From the NCBI RefSeq assembly GCF_964355755.1, contig NC_092674.1:25730001-25794000 (forward strand): a stretch of DNA of 64,000 bases. Direction: 5' to 3'. Below the pieces are notes generated by a model that ran no database searches, was not told the DNA's origin, and saw only the letters and a program-made list of their open reading frames with translations. The position numbers and the translations under genes were made by a program. The first letter of the stretch is position 1. Each line of letters starts with the position of its first letter. This stretch comes from Antedon mediterranea (Eukaryota > Animalia > Echinodermata). Shown in pieces: positions 45,828 through 60,700 of this stretch.

Positions 45828-46713
45828 GGCTACATACATTCCACTTTTATAACCAACAATACAAGAGAAAATCTGAATATTACTATATAGTCAAGGTAGA
45901 GATTGATTTGCGAACGACTTGTAAAATAGAAATATGATTCCTTCTGGAAATGGGAAAATCATTAAATCGTTCATATTTATTTCATCTTTGAGAGTTTAAA
46001 CGGGTGTTGCGAAAAGAAATATTACTTAAAGTGTTTTAAGTAAGCTTACTACAGTACTGTACTTATCTATTAATTGTTAATTTACTAAATACATTGGTTT
46101 TCCTTAGAATTGTTTCAGGCGCACCAATAGTAAGAATAATTATTGTCTTGCCTTAATAAAACAGCAGCTGGAAATCAAACCTTTAGGTGACGGCGCCCTC
46201 CTAGCTATATAGGATATATACATACATTAATGATAAAAAAGAAACGATCACGTAATATATATATATATAATCATATAGGCCTAATTCTTGTATATATTGC
46301 TATACATATATTTGCAAACATAAACCGTGGCCTACAGATGATTGAACCTATTGTGCTATTTGAAAATTTCTCTGAACGATTTCAAAATAAATATTAGTAA
46401 TAACATTTTTTCTCTGTTTCTTTCCAAAAGTAGTCTAACGCCATCACATCAATATAACGCGTTTCAAATGTGTTTCAAAGTAACGAATTTAATGCACACA
46501 CACAAAAAAAAATTGAAAAGTTTTCATGTAAGTCATCACATCTCTTAAACTGTAACAATTTGCATGAATCTCTGAAAGTATTCAATCGCCACATACGATA
46601 AATGTGAATTGTCCCCAATGTTATTGTCTTTTTAGTCAGTATTGTCCACCCATGGAGTTATATTATATCTCCATGTTTTTTTTGTTTCAAAAATGTGAGC
46701 TCGATAATTATAC

Positions 46714-46963
46714 GTATGAATCGCCATATGTGCCAAAATATTTATCTTTTTACTCATTTCGGTTTCGGAATCTTGACTAACGATAAATGAACCGCCAGCA
46801 ACCAAACCAGCAACCCCACGCCCACCCTTATATTCAGGGGATACATTCATGTATTTGAAACGAGTAAAGGTAATCAAGTGAGGGGTGCATACATACTTTG
46901 TTTAATTGTGATTGTAATTTACATTCATTACGTTCATATTTTGGCACATATGGCGTTTCATAC
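46714..46963. mobile_element. TIR MITE (single-end relics at about 35436 and 44271)
   Basis: GTATGAATCGCCATATGTGCCAAAATA / TATTTTGGCACATATGGCGTTTCATAC. Confidence 0.75.
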
Positions 46964-47732
46964 TACATTTTCGACAAAAATCCTGTGATGGTTACCTATA
47001 AAATTTATTTTGCAGATAACTGAAATAAAATACCCAAACACCAATCGATCAATACATAATAATTGTAAGAATCATTTTCATAAAATTATTGTTCCTTGGT
47101 CGTTTTACAAAGGAGTGGTTTTCTATCTTACGGAAAATGTATAGCTTGACGTTTCGTTAAACGTTAAACAGATTTTTCTACCCAATCACACAAAGCCTTT
47201 CTAATAATATCTCAACCGCGAGACGGCCAGATTAGAAGTGTATTTTTCTATGCATGGCAATTACTTGAAACAAATGCGGTATAATTAAAGTCTCGGTGAA
47301 ATTAATGAATTTGAAATTAGTCATTTGCAGAATTGCAATTAGCATTATTTCATCAAGATTGTGTCTCTCTCAGTTTGACGCAATGAAATTGCATCGATAA
47401 GACTTATAGACAATACTAAATATTGTTTTGTATATTATTATCATTATTTACAACGGTTGGATTGTTCATACGGATGAACGACGGGTCAAGAGAGAGGGAT
47501 TTATGAGTGAAGATCTATTTTAAAACCCAATGTGTGAACCGGGGACAACTTCGTCACTCAAAGGGGTGTATTTTACAATACTTAGGAATATTACATATAA
47601 AGATTATATTAATATTGTCTTGTTAATAATACAAATGTATACATTTTTATGATATTATCATTTACGGATGCTTGAATGTATATTTATGACTTAGTTAATA
47701 AGGCCCGTATTCATGAAAGGGGACTAACTTAC

Positions 47733-47991
47733 TTTTTTTGTTTTTTGTTTTTTTTGTACCATATTTAATGAGGGTGATCCATCCAGCAATTGCTGATCAT
47801 TAGGGACCCTCAGAAGTTCACAACACAAACATTATACACAAGATGCTCTATATAAACAAAGTCTTATTACAAGTCTTTGGGAGTGGAGTTGTAATTATGT
47901 CCTTAGAAAAAATCCTGACATGTGACGGGACTTGAACCCAGGACCCTTGGAGTGGTAGCCAAGCATCATAACCACCAAGCCACTCCACTCC
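47733..47991 (-). mobile_element. tRNA-derived SINE with LINE-like stem-loop tail and A-rich end
   Basis: Minus-strand head with A box TGGCTTGGTGG and B box GGTTCAAGTCC. Tail stem GAGGGT..ACCCTC followed by (CAAAAAA)n. Confidence 0.7.
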
Positions 47992-48695
47992 GAAACTAAC
48001 TAACTAAAGAGGGATTTTTTAGTGAAGATCTATTGTATATACTAAAACCCAGTGTGTGAACAAGGGGACACCCTCGACACCCAACAAAGTGTTTATAATG
48101 GGTTTTTTCTGAATGTGGGTTGAATTTTGTAATAATTAGGAATATTATTTAAAGATATTGTCTACAAATGTGGAATACATAAATGTTTATGATTAAAAAA
48201 GAAATTAAATAGGTGCAAACTTGCAGACAGTACTGTATTGAATTAATACAATATAACAGGCAAATACCAAGATACAGGATCAAATATGAAACACATAGCT
48301 TAGGAAAATCAAAATGTGCACCATCATAAACGACGTGACTTTCGGTTATAAGGTTTTTGGAGTAGATATTTTCAAAGGTTGGTGAATATTAGAGGAATGC
48401 AGGGGCGCACTGGAATCCGGTTTAATCAATATCCATATAAAAATAACGTTAATTTTGCATTAACATTAATATTCATTGAGTGTGCAGTATACAACCAGTA
48501 TTATTTTACTCTTTTCTATGAATATTCATGTCAATTATACCCTCTTTCATTGATCAAGCATCCTTGAATTTATATTGATATACCGACTAAACAGAATATT
48601 CATTCACTCGCGCACGCTTAGACACGGGGGATTCAATCCATGAGTTTTTTCAAAAACATTTTATTAAGCACCGGTGGTAAATAAAAATAATAATA

Positions 48696-48859
48696 CAGTT
48701 GATCTCTCCTTTAGGACACCCTGTTTCGGAGCACCCCTAATAAGAAGGTACAGATACTTTCCGAACAAGGAAATATTATAAAATAACACTAAGTACTAGT
48801 CAACCATTAAGGGGACACCTTTTAGACCAAAATGTCTCTTTAATAAGAGTTCTACCATA
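48696..48859. mobile_element. pogo/Tigger-like MITE, degenerate
   Basis: TA-CAGTTGATCTCTCC..GGACACCC..ATTAAGGGGACACC..TTAATAAGAGTTCTAC. Same motif family as the 13499 array. Confidence 0.55.
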
Positions 48860-50844
48860 ACATTGGCTACTGCATGCAATAAGGCCTATACATTATATCC
48901 TATTCATTTAATAAATAATATAATACTTATATTGTCATTCTTCATGCATTAATAACAACGCATCCACGGAGCTGGAAAATCATCGTTTTTATTATGCATT
49001 TGTATACTATGACACTATTTATTACGGTGGTGATGTTGTGTCGTTGTTATTACTATTAGTCATGATAACTATACTCGGTTTGTTTTGATATACATGTTTC
49101 TTTCGAATAAAATAATTGAAACCTGCTGTGATGGAGCAGTTACAGGACTTTCACAAGAATCGTGCATTTTAGCTTACAAAGCATACAACCTGTACAGGCT
49201 TCACATGTGATACAGGTGTCACATATGACACTGTATTACAGAATTTGCCTATGATACTGGACAAATAATGCCATATACTCAGCCGCCACAAAATCGCCGT
49301 TTTTAATTCCATGATGGCTGCCCATAATCAATACGATACATACTAATGTTTTGGTATTGGTACTATAATGATCACTGTTTTATTATTTATTCGCTGATAT
49401 ACATAATTACACAGTTACAGAGACATCCATCATTACATATTAGGTCAAGTATCAAAGTTGAAGAAATATTGTCGTGTTTGGTATCAATTCAAAGCTTATT
49501 TCAAGAAGAATACAATTTCCAATACAATACGTCAATCGTCATAATATTTTAATCAACATGTTTGTATTTTTGTTAAATATTAGTCCTCTCCGATTCTGCA
49601 GCTGACACTAGATAATGTACATCTTAACTCAACATGTACACCATCTGGCGACAGAGGCAATATTATCTACTAAAATGATATAGGTATATTATACATCTAT
49701 GCTTGTATCTTAATGAACTGCGATAGTCAGTTAAATTGTATCTAGTGACGGTTGAAGAATGGAGTGTATATTTATTCTTTTACCTTCGCATTACCAATCA
49801 TTGACACTGGAAAATATTTAGGAAATAAACTGTATAAACATTATCATAACCGTAGCTTAGTTGTTGTTGTTGTTGTTGTTGTTGTAATTGATATTGGAGA
49901 TGCAGGATGTAGGCGTACTTGTTACTTCTCATAAAGTGTCTATTACTGTTTCATCAAGGAACTTTACAATGAATTTGATAACATTAGGCATAATATTATA
50001 GTAACATTAATTAATAGTGAACAAGTTCAAAAATTGTACTTAGAATTAGCTCAAAACACAATGAGTATCATTGTTTTGTTATCATTTCATTCAGGCACAA
50101 TTGCCATTATATAAAGTTATTATATTAAATTATGTAAAGTTTTTTTTCACTGGTGATAGGCCTAATCCATTCACATGACAAACATACGAAATTCATTACA
50201 TAAAGCAAATTTTTAGAGTTGTTTTGTCATGAAAATAATAACATCTGACAACTTGAACCAAATTTTACTGCCTGCGATTGTGTTAAAATTTCCATTATTT
50301 CATGTAAAACAATGTGTGTACCAATGATATCAAAAATGTTGTTCTTTATGACGTATATGACGTATTGCTATATTATAATAAACATGGCCGTGCCATAGAA
50401 TATCAAGAAATGAGAAAGAGCGAAATAATGAAATTTCTGAAAAATGTTCAATTGAATCAATAACAATGGCTTGAACAATATCTGATTCAAGCTTCCAAAC
50501 TAAACTAGAAAAAAAAACATGATCGATCGACTGCGCCCATGATGGATAAATATCATATAATGATTGTTTTGATGCTGTTGTATCCATGGCAATTAAGAAC
50601 GCTCCTTGTTGATACAGTTTCTATGGAAACGATATTGTAGCATTTTACCTTATTATTATTACTACACTAAATCCAGGAAATTTATTTAGTTTAGTTTTGT
50701 ACGGTTCATTGTTACTGAGCTAAATATACATTTGAATATGATAATGCTGCAATGCCTGGTTTCAATAATCTATCAGGATAGTAACTCAGTGAATGTATTG
50801 ATCTATGTAACAAATATATGCCTATCCGAAACTAAACACAATAA

Positions 50845-51108
50845 GACTCCTATTAGAGGACACCACCGGGACCAAAACAGTATCCCAGGTGTCCTTGATA
50901 GGGATTAGCTGTAAGTGTTTTTTTTCTCGTATATTTCGCCTCACTGGAAAATGTTCCCGAAGGAGAGTACCCTCAATACTATATTGTACCCTTAATAGGG
51001 GTGTAGGGGTGCGCTTAATAAGAGTGTACCCTTAATGAGATGTAGCCTTAATAGGGATGTACCCTTAATAGGGGTAGGCCTATAACCTTTATAGCGGTGT
51101 TCTACTTT
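50845..51108. mobile_element. pogo/Tigger-like MITE with a small internal repeat expansion
   Basis: cctattagaggacacc..gggacc..gtgtcc, then (GTACCCTTAATAGGG)n-like units, ending gttctact. Confidence 0.5.
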
Positions 51109-51747
51109 AGTCTAGAAATATACGTCATTATTTTATGTACATCCAAACGATCAAATGGGCAGATCTAGGGATTTAATAAGGACCAAAGGGGAGGTCCGTG
51201 CCTGGAATTATTATTTTCAAGGTCTTACTAAAAGGAGGGTATCGGAAAGTGGGGATGGGGGTGGGGATGTAGGACGCTTTAGATTTGACGTTATTGCAAT
51301 TATTTCATTAATTTTAATTAACGCCGAAATTTATTTAGACATTATTTGGATGGTTTTGATAATAATAATAATAATAATAAACGCAATACGCAGCGCTGAC
51401 CTAATTTAACTACAATATGCGCGTTCGTAAACAAAATATGTATGACGATAATATATCCTGGTTCGATGTATATAATAGCAAAATAAGATATAACGCTGGG
51501 TGTGGTTTTAATATTATTATACCGTTTATAGATAATTTTCATTACAATAGAATGAGATTTCCATAAACAGAAAATGATTATTCGTTATGCGCAAACCAGT
51601 CTGAGTAGTTAAGTATTGCATGATGCGGGGTCGATGAAGCGTATAATGTATGCAACTGCGTCGCCGCACGGCCGATGCTTCCTACCCTCGCCTTTTACCT
51701 GTTGGTACCCGGATTGACCGTGCATACTATATCTAGCAGATAGAACC

Positions 51748-54700
51748 ATGGGAGGTAAGTCTATAATTATTATTATTTTCTAGCGTTATAATTACTAAAA
51801 TAATTTATACACACTATTATTCATTAGAGATCATGATTTGGATCAAAATATTAGTTTAGTACATCGAGTTGCATTTGGTCTTTAATCAATGTTATTGTTT
51901 AAACAGCGTTTCGTAGCAAGACTGTTTATGTTTGTTTTATATATTCTTTGGCAGCTCTATATGGCGTTGACATTTTGATCATTTCAGCGCGTCATTAAAA
52001 TGATAAGTCATACATTAATGCGCTTTGTTTGCGTCTAAGTTTCTCCGCAATACCTTTCCGTGTATGCAGACTATCGGAATACTAGTTATTTATTATGCAG
52101 CGAAACGAATACACATCTGATGATTCACTTCACAATCGTAACTTTCAACTAAACCGATGTAAATGAAAGCATTTTAGTTTAAAGAGCCTCAGAGAATGTA
52201 TAGGATTTGTTTATGTTTTTTAATAATTTCTTTTTTGATTCAAATAAATTCGTATAACCAAGGACTGATCTCTCTTGATATAACATTGCGTTCACTGCGT
52301 CTGTGTGCGATAGTAGGCCTATACGTACATTATTAGACATTGTGGTATATATAATACCGTATGCGAGTCAATTTGTTTTTCTATCATATATATAAGTTGA
52401 AACAAATTTGAAATTATGTGTAGGCCTACAAAGTTTACAAGGTCGAATTTTCGTTAGGTAGTGAGGAAGGGATGTTTAGGGTCATTACATTTTCTAACTA
52501 ATTAATATTAATGAGTGCGAGTGACATCGTAACTTCAATACCATGACGTAGTACGCTAGGCGTTTGGGCATCTTAAGGTCTGTATTCACTATCAAACTTT
52601 ATGCGACAAAAAAATGTGATGTGCCCATTATATGAACATGATGATTTCATATCACTACCATATTTGTGCATATCACTACCATATTTGTGCATATCACTAT
52701 ATTTGGCCACATCACACTTGCTTTTTGTCAAACTAGTTTGACAGAGCTTTACATATATTGTTATACAGTACGATATATATTGTACGTTCTTGGTTGCCAA
52801 AATAAATGTTAATGAAATGAATAATTATGAACGATCGATGGGGACTGTCAGCGCCAACACAACGCTGGCTCTGTAAGTCAGCTCTTTTAATTAAGGTATT
52901 TTATTTCCATTGGGTACGCATTCACTTAATGCAATAATGAAATGAGGTAACATTACAGAGGTGCCGATAACCAATGGCTCTCATGTAAATGCATGAAATG
53001 TAATTGGAACACGACTACTGTTAATTATCCGTTCAAATATCACGCCAGTCCGTGGCTTGTTGAGGGTTATCTGACAAGAGGCATAGGTGGAATCGAAGGG
53101 TCACTTCGTACCGTAGGCCTACAGTGTAGCCTACCAATGTTTTTAATTACTATACAAATTTTACAATAGTGTGACACAAAATTACTCTGGTAATATACTT
53201 ATAATTTTCATATACTAAGCATATTAGAAAATAAAAATTCATATTATTAATAATATTCGTGATGATATGTGATAATATAACAACAGGAAATTATCGCTCA
53301 TTATGCATAATCATACTTCAATTATGAAGAAACATTTAATTCATGTCAAAATACAATAAAAAAGAAGAATTATTATACAGTCCTTTTGGGAAGGGACGGG
53401 TCAACGAGCTAAATGACATACAATAATATAAATTCTCAGTTTAATACGATACATCTTGTAGGCCTCAATCATAGTTGTTATCAACGCTGGAACAAATACA
53501 AGCAACACTTCTACACATCGACATGATTGCTCCTGAATTAAAAAGAAAGTTTTACAGTATATTTAAATAAGCCTGTGGCATATTGGATGCTAATTGTTAT
53601 TTTAATATTGAAAATCTGTATTCATAAAAGTCTATACTTATTGCGTTGAGTTATACTGTGTTCATACAGTGAATAATAATAATAATACATTACACATAAG
53701 TATACTACAAAACGTATAGTTTCCATTTATTTTTGTTGTTAGCCGAAACCGTTCAATTCATTTCAATGTAAATGTTTTTTATATAATTACAAATGACAAT
53801 GAATTTATTTACTTACTGACTTACTTAAAACAATTCGCTTAATAATCTATTCAAATTCTACATCAATTGACATGGTATTTGTTCTAAACTAAAATTCAAC
53901 TTAATTTACTCTTAAACAAACGATAACCGTCGCAATATTCAAATATGGTCTACGTACACCGTACGCTATTATAATAATTGTTATTATAATTATATTGATT
54001 CTGTTGTAGGTACTGTTATATTACAAGCATTATTCACACTTAGTACACAATGCATTATCAATAGCTTTCATTTGACAGTTTCCAAATAAAACCACCCGTC
54101 CGCTGGATCAAGGAGATTATAGTAAAAGTCCATTTATAACCATGATGAATTAGTTGGTAAACTAAACCTATGAGAGGCCAGTAACTAAATAAATATATTA
54201 ACGCTATGATAACAATATGTTAATGTTTTATCAAATTGTTAACTGATTTGCAAGTTTTTTGTCAGTTTTTACGAAAAAAAATTGCCACTAAGAATTCTGA
54301 AATGCAAAGATATTTTATTTAGGCATATTAATTATTAATAGCATATGATAAATAGGCAAAAAGGCCTATGCATTATTTCGCCTGATTATAACCGACATGT
54401 AGGCCACTATATTGTTACGGTATTGTGAGACTAAAATATCATCTTTAAACCAGCCGAATGTCAGTACTGAATCTATTTCCGTATCATAGGAATATTTAGT
54501 AATACAACATCACATGTGTTTAACACCGCTGGATCAAGGAGATTATAGTAAAAGTCCATATATAACCATGATTAATTATTAATAGCATATCATGATAAAT
54601 ATGCAAAAAAGGCCTATGCATTATTTTGCCTGATTATAACCAACATGTAGGCCAATATATTGTTACGGTATTGTGATAGTTAAATATTCTCTTTTAACCA

Positions 54701-57700
54701 GCCGATTGTCAGTATCTAGTAGTAACTTAACTCTGAACTAACCGTACATGATACAGGAGGTCACATGTGATATAAATGAGATGCTGTATTACCAAATATT
54801 CCTTTTTGTTGTTATTTACATTAATTAATATAATAACTTTCGTATTCTCGTCTATGATATGTGAATGCATAGATTTAATGTGTCATTATTCTAAAGTTTG
54901 CGATCTCAAAAGACAGAATTAGCAGTGTAGCATTTTCATTACATAATCCTAAGACGCGGCCATTTTAGTAAGTAACGTCAATGCTGCCTTATGCAAAAAC
55001 ATCAATATGGACGGATACGATCGGTAATAGGTTTCTGCTGACGAAATGGTTTTGTATAAATAATTAAATAATGAATGAATAAAAAGATTAATTAATAACC
55101 ACAACAAATAACTAACCATCATTTCGAGGCCACACTGTATGTATAATTTTTATGTGTTTGGTAATGCTCGTTAAACGTAAACGATACGATATTATGAGCA
55201 TCGACCTACCAATGTTAGTCATAATATGCATACTTCAATCGAGCTATGTAATAATAATATATAATGTATTAATGTACTGATAAGTGCTATTATCTAGTAT
55301 CGTATTTTATACATTATAGATAGCATATGCATCGTTGTCTACATCGGTTAGTGTTAAGTGTATTAAGAAGCTTTGCTACAGGGAACTGATGCAGTTGAGA
55401 TGAGATTCCCTTGGGTGCGCACTGGGCCGGCTGGGGAAGATTAGAAATGTAACCCTGAAGCGTAGTTGGGTTTGGCCTATCATACCTATTTTTGGCCTAT
55501 ATAAGTAGGGGGCTCAGGTGAATTTAGTGTTAATGCGCTTGTTTTATGCCAAACGTTTTGTGTATGGGCATTTTGTATTATGGCGCAACACGTCTAAACT
55601 TCACCAAGCATTATTACATGCGTCAAAGCCGGTATCCCCAAAATGTTACCTATCTCTCAATGTGTAAATTACTACTAGGACTATGGTAATGTATGACCGA
55701 CCAATATTCAGCTCAAAAGCTCAAAATGAAGGAGTAGAACCTATGACAATGTCAATACAAGTATTTATGACGGAACACGTCGATTTGACTCGCACCCATT
55801 ATTGAAAAGGCATCATCAAACGATCCAGTCCTACGGAAAATACATAATTCAATTCCACAATTAACTTTCTGATGGCACAACAATTGCTGGCTTTCATGGT
55901 TGACATTTTGAATTTGCATTTCAATCTTTCGGAGCCTGATTGCTGGAATTTAATTAAGGAGTGCGTGTGTTTGTATTGAATTGATTTGCGTTTGGTTATA
56001 AGTTCAAACCTTAGTATTTGTATCAAACCGTTACTGTTGACTTATCATAATTAATTGGCGAGCTAATTTGCCCGTCTTTTGAACTCCAGTGATTATGAAC
56101 ATCACTTTAAACAACAACGACCATTATCGTGTATAAACATGTGGTACTATGTATTTATTTATTTTGTGCTATTTATCATGCCGTAAAAAATGTATAATCA
56201 ACTTAAAGCAGTGGTATTGAATCCGCAACCATAAAATCACCACAGTTTCAATGCTCTCTTCGAATGGTGTTCGAACAAATCTTATCGGATATGGGGACTT
56301 CCCGGAGGTTCAGTACGCGTGCACTTTAAAGAACCTAGTGCAACTTTCGGATAGAAATGTACTGATCCATCTCACCTTCCGTCGTTTATAATAGGTGCTA
56401 CCTTGTGGATCCGTGGGATCTATAGAGGACCAAATAAACCGCAAATGTCCTCAATTGATACAAGGCAACATCAACTGACTATTACGAGTCAAGGCGAGCT
56501 CAGTAAATGCAGTTCGGCATTCTCTCGGTTCTCTTACGTAGACTACTGTTTCTTAATTGTATTATTACGTATTTATTAGGATGGTTCTCTGATATAGTTT
56601 CTTTTTTATCTATTTGAAATATTAATTTTACCATTCCGTTTCGAAATTTTAACGAGTTATTATTATCCATACAACCCATTCACATGCACATTATAACCAC
56701 TTCCAATTATGATCTTCGCATAATTTTATAAGCGTTATTAAATAGTTCATCGTCAAATAACTGAGAGATATACATACACACGGGTTCAACGTTTCTACAA
56801 ATCGATTTATATTTTATTAGCTTCTACCAAGCTAGGCCTAGCCTATTGTTTTCTACCATTTGCAGTTCGTTGACAGGAAACGAGTTTTAAGTCGATCGTC
56901 AGGCCCGCCATGTTGTTTTTAACGCACAATTAGAAAATCGATGTGATTTCAAAGCTCACGGATTAGAACGATTGCAATTCAAACAAAACAATCATTTAGC
57001 TAAACCAAAAAAAAACAACACAATAATAAAACAGTTTAAATAATAGAACAGAAATTTTAAATGTAGATAAACTCAATCAGCGAAGCAATGACGTTTAAAA
57101 AAAAATTATAACAAATATACATTATAATAAGAAAAAAAAACCATAATTATAATACAACTATACATCAAAACAATCATGTTATGAATACAGTGTAATGGAA
57201 TAGTGTGATTAAACTTCTTATTAATTACGTTGAAAATATTCATCGCCCTCCATGTAGTAGGCCTAGTCTTAAAGGCCAGTTGCGGGCAAAAAATTTCTAT
57301 TGATCATACATTCCAATAATTATTGATCTATAGTTTCCCATATGTTTCATAATTTTTGAGATTTTGTTTGTGTTACACGAGCTTGTTGAAAATAAGCGCT
57401 TTCTTATCAGTGGAGGGATAGTTCAAATTACACAGTAAAATCTCTATTCTTTTATACACAAATTTTGTAAATAGAGAGGCATTTTAAAAAGCTATGAAAA
57501 ATAAACGGTGTGGTAAAAAATGTTATCAGATGACTAACTATAGGTAATATAACTTGAATTTTACATTTCTAGTATTTTTATTCAACTTCAGATTTTTATT
57601 TTCATGCTAAAGCAAAATTATCCACCGTATATCCACCATCTTTTTTCACCTTCTAGGGAGTCACCAGACATGTTATTACATAGGTTAAACTACCTAACTA

Positions 57701-60700
57701 CTGAAAAAAAGTCTTCTTGGTTCTTATGACAAATTTTTGCCAAATTTTGTATTTGACCATATTAAGGGAAATTCATGCTTTTTCGTCTTGATTTCTGTTA
57801 CAAATATTTGATTTATGTACAATTAACCAGATATTATATTTAAAATTCATGCCTGTATCTGAGCTTTAAAGCTTGGTTTCTACTTGGAAGCAACACAATG
57901 ACGTAGGCGCATGAAAGCAAGTGATATTGACCTATCACAAGCGACAGTTCGGATAATCCATCTCATCGTGATTGGTCAACTCACTTGCGTTGCGCTAACG
58001 CCATTGTGTTGCGTGGGAACCAAGCTTTAGCGCAGACAGCTGGGAAGATCTATCGCGTCGTGATTGGCCTAACGACATGCGTTTAGCTTACGTCGTTGTG
58101 TTGCGTGGGAACCAAGCTTTAGGGAGTAAACTGATCAATTTTATATAACAATATTATTCGATATGAGTATTATTGATGAAGATGTATAATATGACGGTGA
58201 TGGATTATGATAGGCCTAGCAATGTTGATACAGATTGTTATTGATACCACATGCGTAGACAGACATTGTCTCTAAGTCGCGTCAACAACGAATTGCTAAT
58301 ATATAATCATAACAATGAATTTGGTAAATTATTGATATTTAACTGGCATACATTTCTAAATAATTTTTATATAAATTTCAATACAAATATTATATTACAT
58401 TATAATTATTCCAAGGCAATTATTTCAATACTGTCATCTTTAAAAAATCAATTTACATTGCTTGTAATACAAATACAAATGCAAATATATGGTAGTGACT
58501 TAGAGTAAATAAGAAAGCATAAATCGATACTTTGTTGACTATACCACATATATCATCTGTTTGTTCCTACTATAGCTATACTGTTAAATGAAGTTAATGT
58601 TTTGTAATGTTATTTTGATGATCTGCTTTTTAAAATATATTTATATTTTACCTGTTTTTATTGTATATTTATATTTATAATGTACGACTACGGTTTCAGC
58701 CATCGGCTGTTTGTGTCATTTGACTTTTTTTGAATAAAGATATACCGATATATTGTCAATAGTACCTCAGAAATCAATACAACTTTGCTAAATAATGCAT
58801 ACGGTATTGCATATAATTATAGAGCACTTTGACATGAAGTGGCATGCGTTTTATAACAGGTAAGACCTATACACAATTATCGCATGTCATTACTTTCAAC
58901 ATTGGTGAAGCATAATCGTAATCGACTTGACTAAATCAAATTGAGTTATCGTTATTATTGTTATGATAAGTTTACAGAATTGCATTGGTAATTACTGTGC
59001 TGCCAACGACATAGCAATATGTACATACAAGATACAGTCGAGTCGGTACACCAATCGATCGAATATCTCGATCGTTGACGCTAAGAGAAAAACAGAATTG
59101 AACCAATAATGAATTCTAAACGGGAGACAGATCACTATGTCGGTCGGGTGATCGGTTGGTCGGTCGGTCAACACTAACTCAAATTTGAGCACGCGACTGC
59201 AGTCATGTATATGGCATTGGTAAAGACCGAAATCACCTCCTAATCAAATAGATCTGCAGGGCCTATCTAAGTAGTGGTTTCACTTATACTGAAGTCACGA
59301 GATAGAAAGTATTTGTTTTAAAACTAGTTCATTCTTATATAGGGCCTAAGCAAGCTCTCAATGCGCTGTACATAAATTAACATAGACGAGAAGTGGCAAT
59401 AATCTAAATTATTAAAGATCTTGTTTGAAAATGGTCTTGAAGGAGTTTAGAGTTTTGAATGGAATCATTAATCAGTCATTCAATGGGGTATGCGGTACCT
59501 CGGGAACAATTTTATTTTTCGTACATAAGTTGGGGACTCAAATAAAGTAAAAAGAAGTTGCTCATGGGATTCAAACCCCATACATCGACATGTAAAGTCC
59601 ATAGTCTCAATCCACTCGACTACACAGACGGCTCGACGGAAAGAGTTTGCATTAGCGAATTGTAGTTACGTCACACCTTATGGATATGAATAATGAATAT
59701 TCATGTTTATTTTGTGACGTTTCATGAGGGGTCTCCAACTTATTACGAAAAGAAATATCGCACCCCGGGATTCGACAACACCCAATGGAAGACCCTCCCA
59801 TCAATCCGAACCGATTCGCTGCTCACTTTTTAAAATCTAGCCCAGCTACATTCATCGCTGCGCGTCATTGTCACAGTCCTACAGGTTATAAAGACAACTC
59901 CCTGGTTAGAGCATCAATAACTCCATGCTTAAGTGATTTTTTGCGAATCCATTTCTAATTATTCATCATGCTCAAATAAATTACCCAAAATGAAATAATC
60001 AATAAGTACCGTGGAATTAAGACACGTTCCAGGTAAACAAAGGACTGCTCACGACGACCCGGGAGTTTAATGGTAAACACCAATCAAGTCCCTGCGCAAA
60101 TCGCTAAGGTTATCAATATTCATAAGGTATTTAAGATTGAAGATAAATTACTGCGCAAAATCGTGTGCATGATACGACGACGATGAAAATCGCCCAGGGC
60201 TAGACAATTAGCGCGCATGCAATCTAACATACAATTTTGACAGAATACAATCGTGTTTTTACAAAATGAATTCTGTTTGAAGATGACGAAACTATATACG
60301 TTTTGAAGAAAAAATTGCAGACGGGCTCTGTGCTTAATTTTTACTAGTATTACAGCTCATAGAACTGAATAAATGAAAGAAATTTAAGTCATGGTCAATT
60401 TATTCTATCAACCGTTAACCTAGAGTCGTCTTATTATGAAACAGTATATTAAAAATATTTCTGTATCTCATTATTAATATTTCCATGGAACATATCTGCA
60501 ACGTGATATACACGAACACATTATATTTCATTGTTTTATATTCCAATCGTAAGAGCAAAGCAAAATATAAATTGAAAATAAATTAAATAAAGAATTTGAT
60601 TTTTACTTTGTATTCTTATAAACATTTGTTACTGAATAAATTGATTAAAAAATGATTCTGTAGGCCTGAATAAAATATGTTGTACTTGTATTAGCAAGTA

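Larger units (their letters stand above)
27985..46100 (+). repeat. Tandem segmental duplication carrying MFSD8-like gene and its upstream region (unit A about 27985-37468, unit B about 37469-46100)
   Basis: tttctactgtgattgtcttg begins both units (27985, 37469). aatttactaaatac..tgtt ends both (about 37468, about 46100). Upstream DNA, exons, introns and 3' flank are collinear, with copy-specific TE indels. Confidence 0.9.

Noticed and set aside
47915-47991. Possible tRNA gene
   Set aside because: A and B boxes are present but there is no convincing acceptor stem, and it continues into a LINE-like tail, so it is called a SINE.
57269-57860. Possible Kolobok-like element starting TTAA-AGGCCAGTTGC
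   Set aside because: No matching right terminus found in the window.
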